Shown one piece after another: positions 8,894 through 16,183 of a DNA stretch of 33,293 nt. Source of the stretch: Candidatus Bipolaricaulota bacterium (lineage in GTDB: Bacteria > Bipolaricaulota > Bipolaricaulia > RBG-16-55-9); NCBI GenBank assembly GCA_026982655.1, contig JALSGO010000077.1:1-33293 (forward strand). The letters run 5' to 3'. The notes beneath the pieces are model-generated. The model was not told where the DNA came from, searched no databases, and saw only the letters and a program-made list of their open reading frames with translations. Within the stretch, counting starts at the first letter, position 1. Every line of letters starts with the position of its first letter. Made by a program: the position numbers and the translations under genes.

Positions 8894-9229
8894 ATGACCT
8901 TCAAGTTCAAGCTCAACAAGTTGGCCAAGGCGGTGTTGATCTTCAACGTGATCCTGTTGAGTCTCCTGATCGGCGGTTTGGTCGTATCGGCCCAAGAGGA
9001 AGAGGAGGCCAAGGGTGCGGACCCGTTGGCCCAGGGGATCCGGGCCGTGGGAGCGGGACTGGCGTTCTTGGGAGGGGCTCTGGGAACCGGCATCGCCCAG
9101 TCGCGCATCGGACCGGCGGTGATGGGCGCGGTCGCCGAGGACCGAGCGAACTTCGGAATCGGCTTGATTCTCATCGCCATCCCCGAGACGCTCGTGATCT
9201 TCGGCTTCGTGGTCATCTTCCTGCTGTAA
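8894..9229 (+). CDS. atpK: V/A-type ATPase proteolipid subunit K (c/L)
   Basis: The product is 111 aa and hydrophobic. It has the Gly-rich helix GAGLAFLGGALGTGIAQ and the conserved carboxylate in IPETLVIFGFVV. Confidence 0.8.
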   Translation: MTFKFKLNKLAKAVLIFNVILLSLLIGGLVVSAQEEEEAKGADPLAQGIRAVGAGLAFLGGALGTGIAQSRIGPAVMGAVAEDRANFGIGLILIAIPETLVIFGFVVIFLL

Positions 9230-9239
9230 TCTAAGGACG

Positions 9240-9839
9240 ATGGAGCTTCTGGAGAAGATCCGACGCGAGGGGGAGGAGCGGGTCCAGACGATCCTCCGAG
9301 AGGCCGAGGAGGAGGCGCAAAGGCGCATCCAGGCCGCGGAGGAGGAACTCTCCCGCTGGCGGGAGGAAGCCCTCAAGCGCGCCGACTCCGAGATCGAGGG
9401 CGAGAAGCGCCTGATCTTGAGTCGAGCGCGCGCCCGCGCGCGGGAGATCGTGCTGCGGGCCAAGAGCGAGGCGGGCGAGCAGCTCTTCCGCAGCCTCTTG
9501 GAGGAGGCCGAGAAGCTGCGGGAGGACGCCAAGCGCTACAAGGCGTTCCTTGCGCGCTGCCTGAAGGAAGCCGAGGCCGAGATCGGCGGCCCGCTCGTGC
9601 TCTACGTGGACCCCCGCGACGAGAAGCTCGTCAAGTCGCTCCTTAAGGGAAAGGACCACAAAATCGGCGGCTCGATCAAGACCCTCGGGGGGGTCCTGGC
9701 GACGAACGAGCGCGGCGACCTCCTGGTGGACAACCGCCTGGAGACCCGCATCCAGAAGCTTCGGGAGATCCATCGCGCGGCGCTGAGCTACGAGCTCTTC
9801 GGCGCGCAGGCCCCCAAGACCCAAGCCACGGTGGCCTGA
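9240..9839 (+). CDS. atpE: V/A-type ATPase subunit E
   Basis: The product is 199 aa with a charged coiled-coil N-terminus (MELLEKIRREGEERVQTILREAEEEAQRR). It sits at the expected operon position. Confidence 0.8.
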   Translation: MELLEKIRREGEERVQTILREAEEEAQRRIQAAEEELSRWREEALKRADSEIEGEKRLILSRARARAREIVLRAKSEAGEQLFRSLLEEAEKLREDAKRYKAFLARCLKEAEAEIGGPLVLYVDPRDEKLVKSLLKGKDHKIGGSIKTLGGVLATNERGDLLVDNRLETRIQKLREIHRAALSYELFGAQAPKTQATVA

Positions 9840-9866
9840 TCCCGAGCGTTTCGATCCGATCCCGCG

Positions 9867-10952
9867 ATGAGCTACGAATACCTGAACGCGCGGCTGCGGC
9901 ACCTCAAGGCCCGGCTCCTCAAGCCGGAGCAGTTCGCCCAGCTGTTGGGGCTGAGTGATTTGGAGGAGTTCATCGCCGCGCTGGCCGAGACGGATTACGC
10001 GCCCGAGATCGAGCGGAGTTCCGTGGAGTTTTCGGGCTACGCGCTCGTCGAGGACGCGCTCACCCGGCACACCCAACGGGTCTTTCGGCACCTGGCGGAC
10101 ATGGCTGTCGGCGAGGCCGACACCCTCATCCGCATCCTGTTGGAGCGCTTCGAGGTCTTCAACCTGAAGACCATTCTGCGGGGCTTCCACGCCGGGGTAG
10201 ACCCGGAAGAGACGGCCCGCAACCTCTTCCCCACCATCCTGTACCCGACGGCCTTCTACCAGGAGTTGCTCAAGCGCGAGGGGATCCCTGCGGTGGTCGA
10301 TTACCTGCTGGCGGTGGGGAATCGCTTCTACAAGCCGCTGACGGAGGCCTTGCCCGACTACGAGGCGACCCGCCGCCTGGCCCGCTTGGAAGGTGCCTTG
10401 GATGCGTTCTACTTCGAAAGCGCTCAGAAGACCCTGCGGGAGATGAGGAGCGAGAGCGCCGAGATCGTCCGCAAGATGCTCGGGGTCGAGGTCGACGTGC
10501 TCAACTTGGTGTACGCGCTCCGGGTCGTCGAGGCCGGGGTGGAGGCGGAGGAGAAGTTCCGGTACATCCTGCCGGGGGGCGAGCGGATCCAGGAGCCCCT
10601 GATGCGAGAGCTGCTCGCCAGCTTGGACAAGGCGGCCTTCTTGCGGAAGCTGCAGGAAACCCCGTACGCCCGCGCGCTGGGCGAGTTCGACGAGACGATC
10701 ACCGCCGGGGAGCTCCAGGAGCGTCTCGAGGCTTGGCTTTATAATCAGAACTGCCGCATCGATCCGGGGCGGTTCTTCGACATCCAGCCCGTGGCCGCTT
10801 ATATCTGGCGCGTGAACGTGGAGGTCACAAACTTAAGGGTAATCGCCTCGGGGCTGTGGCGCGGCGCCTCGCGGCAGGCCGTCGAGGACCAGCTCATCTG
10901 GGTCCCGGGCGTGATGCCCGAGCGCGAGCGCGTCGTGGCGGGAGCCTCCTAA
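9867..10952 (+). CDS. atpC: V/A-type ATPase subunit C (the d-subunit homolog)
   Basis: The product is 361 aa, starts MSYEYLNARLRHLKARLL and is all-helical. It sits at the expected operon position. Confidence 0.8.
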   Translation: MSYEYLNARLRHLKARLLKPEQFAQLLGLSDLEEFIAALAETDYAPEIERSSVEFSGYALVEDALTRHTQRVFRHLADMAVGEADTLIRILLERFEVFNLKTILRGFHAGVDPEETARNLFPTILYPTAFYQELLKREGIPAVVDYLLAVGNRFYKPLTEALPDYEATRRLARLEGALDAFYFESAQKTLREMRSESAEIVRKMLGVEVDVLNLVYALRVVEAGVEAEEKFRYILPGGERIQEPLMRELLASLDKAAFLRKLQETPYARALGEFDETITAGELQERLEAWLYNQNCRIDPGRFFDIQPVAAYIWRVNVEVTNLRVIASGLWRGASRQAVEDQLIWVPGVMPERERVVAGAS

Positions 10953-11020
10953 TCTCGGATCGGAGCTTGACGGGGGACGGGACTCCGGAGAAGCGAGGAC
11001 GACGGGAGGCGAGGAAGCCG

Positions 11021-11389
11021 ATGAAGCCGAAGGCGAGGAAGCCGCTGGTGGTGGCCGCGAGCGACATGGCCGACGGGTTCCGCTTGGCCGGGATTCCCGT
11101 CCTGGAGCTCGAAGACGAGACGCACATCGACGAGGTGATTCAGCGCATCCGGGAGCGGGAGGACGTGGCCCTCGTCCTCGTGGACGAGCGGTTCATGGGG
11201 CCGTTCGAGGAGGCGTTCGAGGCCGCGGGCTGGCCGATGATCGCCTCCTACCCCTCCGAGCTCGTCCAAAGGGAGCAGTCGTACATCGACGAGCTCACGA
11301 TGCGCTACCTGGGACAGAAGATCTACGTGGAAGGCGAATCCGAGTCCGAATCCGAGGGCGAAATCGAAGGGGAGGGAGACGGAGCATGA
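11021..11389 (+). CDS. atpF: V/A-type ATPase subunit F with an acidic Glu/Ser-rich C-terminal tail
   Basis: The N-terminus MKPKARKPLVVAASDMADGFRLAGIP aligns with the subunit F N-terminus (..VIAD.ETA.GFRLAG). I took the internal start at 11021; the longer ORF from 10856 overlaps atpC. The C-terminus is YVEGESESESEGEIEGEGDGA. The stop overlaps the atpA start (ATGA). Confidence 0.75.
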   Translation: MKPKARKPLVVAASDMADGFRLAGIPVLELEDETHIDEVIQRIREREDVALVLVDERFMGPFEEAFEAAGWPMIASYPSELVQREQSYIDELTMRYLGQKIYVEGESESESEGEIEGEGDGA

Positions 11390-13188
11390 CACAGGTGATT
11401 GAGGGCGTCATCTCCCGGATCTCCGGCCCGGTGGTGCGGGCCAAGGGGATGACGGGGATCAAGATCCGCGACCTCGTCGAGGTGGGCGAGATGGGCCTCA
11501 TCGGCGAGGTCATCGAAGTCCGGGGCGACGAGATCGCCATCCAGGTCTACGAGGAGACGGACGGCCTCACCGTGGGCGAGCCTGTCCGCTCCGAGGGGAA
11601 GCCCTTCTTGGTCGAGCTGGGGCCCGGACTCTTGGGGAGCGTCTACGACGGGATCCAGCGCCCCCTGGAGGTGATTCGAGATCAGACGGGGAACTTCATC
11701 GAGCGCGGGGCTTCGGGCGACCCGCTGCCCCGGAACAAGAAGTGGGGCTTTCAGCCTCTGGTGAAGCCGGGCGACGAGGTCTCGGAGGGGGACTTCCTAG
11801 GCTGGGTCCAGGAGACCCCCACGATCAAGCACTACATCCTGGTGCCCATCGGGATCTCCGGGCGCATCGCCGAGATCCAAGAGGGCGACTTCACCGTGAC
11901 GGACGTCATCGCCCGCCTGGAGGACGGCACGGAGCTCACCATGATGCAGACGTGGCCCATCCGCCAGCCCCGCCCGGCCAAGCGGAAAGTCCCCACGAGC
12001 GTCCCTATGATCACGGGGACCCGGATTCTCGATGTGTTCTTCCCCGTGCCCAAGGGGGGGAACGCGATCATCCCGGGACCCTTTGGTAGCGGAAAAACCG
12101 TAACTCAGCAATCTTTGGCTAAGTGGTCCGATGCGGATATCGTCATTTATATTGGATGCGGCGAGCGCGGGAACGAGATGACCGAGGTGCTGACGGAGTT
12201 CCCCGAGCTGGAGGACCCGCGCACCGGCGCGCCCCTGATGAACCGCACCGTCCTGATCGCCAACACCTCGAACATGCCCGTGGCCGCCCGCGAGACCTCG
12301 ATCTACACGGGGATCACGTTAGCGGAATATTACAGGGACATGGGCTACGACGTGGCCTTGATGGCCGACTCCACCTCACGGTGGGCCGAGGCGCTCCGTG
12401 AGATCTCCGGGCGTCTCGAGGAGATGCCCGGCGAGGAGGGCTACCCGCCCTATCTAGCGAGCCGTATCGCAGAGTTTTATGAGCGAAGCGGTCGCGTGGT
12501 GTGCCTGGGGAGGGGGATCCCCGAGGGCAAGCCGCCCTTCGAGGGCACCCAAGACGAGCGGGGTGGATCCGTGACGGTGATCGGGGCCGTCTCCCCGCCC
12601 GGAGGAGATTTCTCCGAGCCCGTCACCCAAAACTCCCTGAGGATCGCGGGCGCCTTCTGGGGGTTGGACGCCAAGCTCGCCTACAGCCGCCACTTCCCCG
12701 CCATCAACTGGCTTACGAGCTACTCCCTCTACGTGGACGCGCTGCGGGAGTGGTACATTCAGGAGTTGGGCGAAGAGTATCTGGAGATGCGCACCCAGCT
12801 CATGGACATCCTCCAGAAGGAAGATGAACTGAGCAAGATCGTCCAGCTCGTGGGGAAAGAATCGCTCAGCGACCCGGACAAACTCTTGCTGGACATCGCC
12901 CGCACGGTGCGCGACGACTTCCTGCGACAGAGTGCCTTCCACGAGATCGAGGCCTACTGCCCGCCCAAGAAGGCCTACTACATGATGAAGGCGATCCTCA
13001 CCTTCTACGAGACCTGTAAGCGGCTGTTGGGGAAGGTGCCCTACGCCGAAATTCTGAAGCTCCCGGGCTGGGAGAAGCTCTCCAACATGCGCTACTTCCC
13101 CAACGACGCCTTCGAGGAGCCGTTCCAGCAGCTCCTCAAGGAGCTGGAGGAGGAGGGGGCGACCGTGGGCGTGGGGGCCGCTTCCTAG
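11386..13188 (+). CDS. atpA: V/A-type ATPase catalytic subunit A
   Basis: The product is 600 aa. The Walker A motif GPFGSGKT is present, together with the non-homologous insert region typical of A subunits. Confidence 0.95.
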   Translation: MTQVIEGVISRISGPVVRAKGMTGIKIRDLVEVGEMGLIGEVIEVRGDEIAIQVYEETDGLTVGEPVRSEGKPFLVELGPGLLGSVYDGIQRPLEVIRDQTGNFIERGASGDPLPRNKKWGFQPLVKPGDEVSEGDFLGWVQETPTIKHYILVPIGISGRIAEIQEGDFTVTDVIARLEDGTELTMMQTWPIRQPRPAKRKVPTSVPMITGTRILDVFFPVPKGGNAIIPGPFGSGKTVTQQSLAKWSDADIVIYIGCGERGNEMTEVLTEFPELEDPRTGAPLMNRTVLIANTSNMPVAARETSIYTGITLAEYYRDMGYDVALMADSTSRWAEALREISGRLEEMPGEEGYPPYLASRIAEFYERSGRVVCLGRGIPEGKPPFEGTQDERGGSVTVIGAVSPPGGDFSEPVTQNSLRIAGAFWGLDAKLAYSRHFPAINWLTSYSLYVDALREWYIQELGEEYLEMRTQLMDILQKEDELSKIVQLVGKESLSDPDKLLLDIARTVRDDFLRQSAFHEIEAYCPPKKAYYMMKAILTFYETCKRLLGKVPYAEILKLPGWEKLSNMRYFPNDAFEEPFQQLLKELEEEGATVGVGAAS

Positions 13189-13208
13189 CTTCCTAAAAAG
13201 GGGGAGCG

Positions 13209-14354
13209 ATGGACTTTCGCTTAAGCGAGGAGCACGAGCTGTTCCGCCGCACCGCGAGGGACTTCGCCCAGAAGGAGCTGGAGCCCCGCGCAAAAGAGTT
13301 CGAGGAGCAGCACGCCGTCCCCCCCGAGATCCTCCGGCAGCTGGGGGAATTGGGCTACCTGGGGCTGATGGTCCCGGAGGAGTACGGCGGAGTGGGGGCC
13401 GACACCCTCAGCTACACGATCGTGATGGAGGAGCTCTCTCGCGCGTGCGCCTCCACCTCCACGGTGGTGAGCGTCCAAAACTCGCTGGTGGAGTTCCCCA
13501 TCGCCGAGTTCGGAACCCCAGAGCAAAAGCGCAAATACCTTCCGAAGCTCGCGACGGGGGAGTGGATCGGGGCCTTCGGGCTCACGGAGCCCGAATCGGG
13601 CTCGGACGCCGCGGGGATGAAGACCACCGCCGTCCGCGACGGGGATTTCTACGTTCTGAACGGTACGAAGCGCTTCATCACCAACGCGGCCTTCGCTCAA
13701 GTGTTCGTGGTCTTCGCGTTGACGGACCCCGAGGCGGGGAACAAGGGGGTGAGCTGCTTTCTCGTGGAGCGAGGCACGCCCGGGTTCACCGTGGGCGAAG
13801 AGGAAGACAAGATGGGGATCCGCGCCACCTCCACCTGCGAGCTCTTCTTCGAGGACTGCCGCGTGCCCTCTGAGAACTTGTTGGGCGAGGAGAACCGGGG
13901 CTTCAAGGTGGCGATGCTCACCCTGGACGCGGGCCGGATCGGGATCGCCGCGCAGGCCGTCGGCATCGCGCAGGCCGCGCTCGACGAGGCCTTAAAGTAC
14001 GCCCAGGAGCGTGTGGCCTTCGGGAAGCCCCTGGCGGCCTTTCAGGCCATTCAGTTCAAGCTCGCAGAGATGAAAACGAAGGTGGAGGCCGCGCGGCTCC
14101 TCACCTACCAGGCCGCCTGGAAGAAGGACGCGGGCGAGGACTACATCCTCGAGTCGTCGCTGGCCAAGCTCTACGCGGCGGAGATCGCCAGTGAGGTGGC
14201 CGACGCGGCGGTCCAAATCCACGGCGGCTACGGGTACATCCGCGACTACAAAGTTGAGAGGCTGTACCGAGACGCGCGGATCACCCGCATCTACGAGGGG
14301 ACGAGCGAGATCCAGAAGCTGATCATCGCCCGCCAGCTCCTCGGGCGGGGCTGA
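13209..14354 (+). CDS. acyl-CoA dehydrogenase (short-chain/butyryl-CoA DH-like)
   Basis: The product is 381 aa. It has the ACAD motifs [14 protein letters not shown] and [44 protein letters not shown] precedes the ATG 20 nt after the atpA stop. Confidence 0.9.
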   Translation: MDFRLSEEHELFRRTARDFAQKELEPRAKEFEEQHAVPPEILRQLGELGYLGLMVPEEYGGVGADTLSYTIVMEELSRACASTSTVVSVQNSLVEFPIAEFGTPEQKRKYLPKLATGEWIGAFGLTEPESGSDAAGMKTTAVRDGDFYVLNGTKRFITNAAFAQVFVVFALTDPEAGNKGVSCFLVERGTPGFTVGEEEDKMGIRATSTCELFFEDCRVPSENLLGEENRGFKVAMLTLDAGRIGIAAQAVGIAQAALDEALKYAQERVAFGKPLAAFQAIQFKLAEMKTKVEAARLLTYQAAWKKDAGEDYILESSLAKLYAAEIASEVADAAVQIHGGYGYIRDYKVERLYRDARITRIYEGTSEIQKLIIARQLLGRG

Positions 14355-14370
14355 CGTTGCTCGATCGAAT

Positions 14371-14565
14371 TTAAGGCGATTGCCTGGACCCGCCCGTGAG
14401 GTTCTCCAGGGGATAGAGCGGGGCGAGCCGGCGGATCTTCTCGAGAATGGCCTGCCGTTCCCTCTCGCTCGTCGCCTGCGCGTACTTCTCCTTGAGCTTT
14501 TGGATCTTCTGCCGCCGCTTCTGCCACTTCCGCAGCAAGAACCGCTCTCGCTTCGGCTTGGGCAT
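14371..14565 (-). CDS. hypothetical small basic protein (about 64 aa), tentative
   Basis: The product reads MPKPKRERFLLRKWQKRRQKIQKLKEKYAQATSERERQAILEKIRRL. Its K/R/E-rich composition is coherent, whereas the overlapping plus-strand ORF looks like an antisense artefact. It lies 40 nt downstream of the beta-CASP gene on the same strand. The Shine-Dalgarno sequence is weak. Confidence 0.3.
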   Translation of the reverse strand: MPKPKRERFLLRKWQKRRQKIQKLKEKYAQATSERERQAILEKIRRLAPLYPLENLTGGSRQSP

Positions 14566-14605
14566 AGCAAGAGTGTACTTACCGAATCTTGGATTTCTCT
14601 GCAAC

Positions 14606-16183
14606 CTACAGCTTGAGAGAAACCCCTTCCCGGGGGAGAACGACTTGAACGGGGCTGTCGGCAAGCTTTTCCTGAAACCATTGGGGGTGCTCGGTGTGGA
14701 GGGGCACGACGACCTTGGGCTCTACGGCGAGGACAAAGCGCAGAAGCTCGGGACCGGCAGCGTGGCCGCTGGCATGCACTTGAAGGGGCCGGTGACCGTT
14801 GTGGGAGTTGATGTCGAAGCGGGCGAGCCATCGAATCAAGCGCTCCTGAGACAATTCCATCTCCTCGTTGAACGGCTCGGTCATGGCCCGGACGTAGCGG
14901 GACCCCTCGGGGGGCTGTATGTCCAAGAGGTTGTTGAAGCGCCAGTAGTCGAGCTGGAGCACGTAGCGCTCGGGCTCCCGGCGCAGGTCCAGGGCAGTAA
15001 GCCCCTTCTCGAGATGGGTGAGGTCCGGGCCTTCTTCCTTGGTCCATTGCGCTTTGTACCCGGCTTTGTACTTGTAGTGGACGTAATCTGCCGGGCTGTA
15101 GAGTAGGTAGTGGCTACGCTCCAAGAAGACGTGGACGCAGGGGTCGGCCTCCGGAGCGTGCGGGTGCTCTAAGTGATGCAGCAGGTAGGCGAGCCGAGGG
15201 AAGACGACGAGCTCGCGTCCGGCGGCCAAGGCCGCCTCGCGGACGGTCTCGAAGCGCTCGACGTCCTTCCAGGCGAACCCAACCATTGCAAGTCCTCGGG
15301 TCTCCCGAAATGCTTGAGTTAGTTCCTCGCAGACGCGGGCCTCGTCGTCGCGTTCCTCTTCAGCGACCCGGGTCCCCTCGATGAGGAGCACGTCGGGCTC
15401 GAGGCCCTCTAGATGCCGAAGGGGGTCGATGGGCCAGCGCCCGTGGAAGCGGATATCTCCCGTATAAAGGACCGTCCTCCCTTGGGATCGGAGGACGAAG
15501 GCCGTCGCGCCGGGGACGGAGTGGCTCACAGCCACGGGCCAGACGGTGATCTCGGGGCTCTCGGGGAGGGGAAAGGGCCGATGGGGCTCTACGGTGTGGA
15601 GGGTGCGGGGTTCCTCTTGACCGCTGACGATCTTGGGAGCTCCCGGGGCGAAGCCCTGCTTGCTACACTGCAGGACGCGGCGCTTGAGGCGGACGGCGTC
15701 GCGCTCAAAGCCGCTGTAGTTCCCCACCTCCATGGCAATCTCCATGAGGGTGCGGGTGGGGGCGGAAGCGTAGATGGGCACGTGCCCTAAGAAGCCGACG
15801 AGCCCGACGTGGTCGTCGTGGGCGTGGCTAAGGAGGACGACGTCTACGGGAGGCTTCCCGTGGCGCTCGATGTGCTCCTCGGCACAGGGGAGATCGCACT
15901 CCCAGAGGGGGGCGCTGCGCCCCAGGAGCTTGGGATCGCCGAGGGGTGCGAAGGCATCCCGGCGGTAGAGTCCGGGGATGCGGGGTAAGATCCCCAGCTG
16001 GAGGTAGTCGTGGAGCTGGGCGTTGGTGCGGGGGGCTAGGTACTCCTCGTAGTAGAGGGCCTTGCGCTTGTAGGAGATGCCGAAATCCAGCAAGACTTTG
16101 CCCACGGGGAACTCGACGAGGACCTTATTGCCCCCGATCTCGTTGACGCCACCGTGGAGGGTGATCCTTATGCCCTTAGTCAT
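14606..16183 (-). CDS. RNase J-like metallo-beta-lactamase / beta-CASP family nuclease
   Basis: The product is 525 aa. The N-terminus IRITLHGGVNEIGGNKVLVEF is MBL motif 1. LSHAHDDHVG is the HxHxDH motif. The C-terminal HASGHAAGPELLRFV...VVPLHTE is the beta-CASP motif C seen in RNase J. The start lies 2 nt after the SbcC-like stop. Confidence 0.75.
   Translation of the reverse strand: MTKGIRITLHGGVNEIGGNKVLVEFPVGKVLLDFGISYKRKALYYEEYLAPRTNAQLHDYLQLGILPRIPGLYRRDAFAPLGDPKLLGRSAPLWECDLPCAEEHIERHGKPPVDVVLLSHAHDDHVGLVGFLGHVPIYASAPTRTLMEIAMEVGNYSGFERDAVRLKRRVLQCSKQGFAPGAPKIVSGQEEPRTLHTVEPHRPFPLPESPEITVWPVAVSHSVPGATAFVLRSQGRTVLYTGDIRFHGRWPIDPLRHLEGLEPDVLLIEGTRVAEEERDDEARVCEELTQAFRETRGLAMVGFAWKDVERFETVREAALAAGRELVVFPRLAYLLHHLEHPHAPEADPCVHVFLERSHYLLYSPADYVHYKYKAGYKAQWTKEEGPDLTHLEKGLTALDLRREPERYVLQLDYWRFNNLLDIQPPEGSRYVRAMTEPFNEEMELSQERLIRWLARFDINSHNGHRPLQVHASGHAAGPELLRFVLAVEPKVVVPLHTEHPQWFQEKLADSPVQVVLPREGVSLKL

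Noticed and set aside
14380-14616. 78-aa plus-strand ORF opposite the small basic minus ORF
   Set aside because: It is a Leu/Pro-rich mirror-frame product typical of the antisense of a K/E/R-rich coding sequence. The minus-strand reading is more protein-like, though itself of low confidence.
13992-15047. 351-aa minus-strand ORF (MDQGRRPGPHPS...)
   Set aside because: It is Arg/Pro/Ser-rich low-complexity sequence. It overlaps both the beta-CASP gene and the ACAD 3' end out of frame. I judge it a GC-driven spurious ORF.
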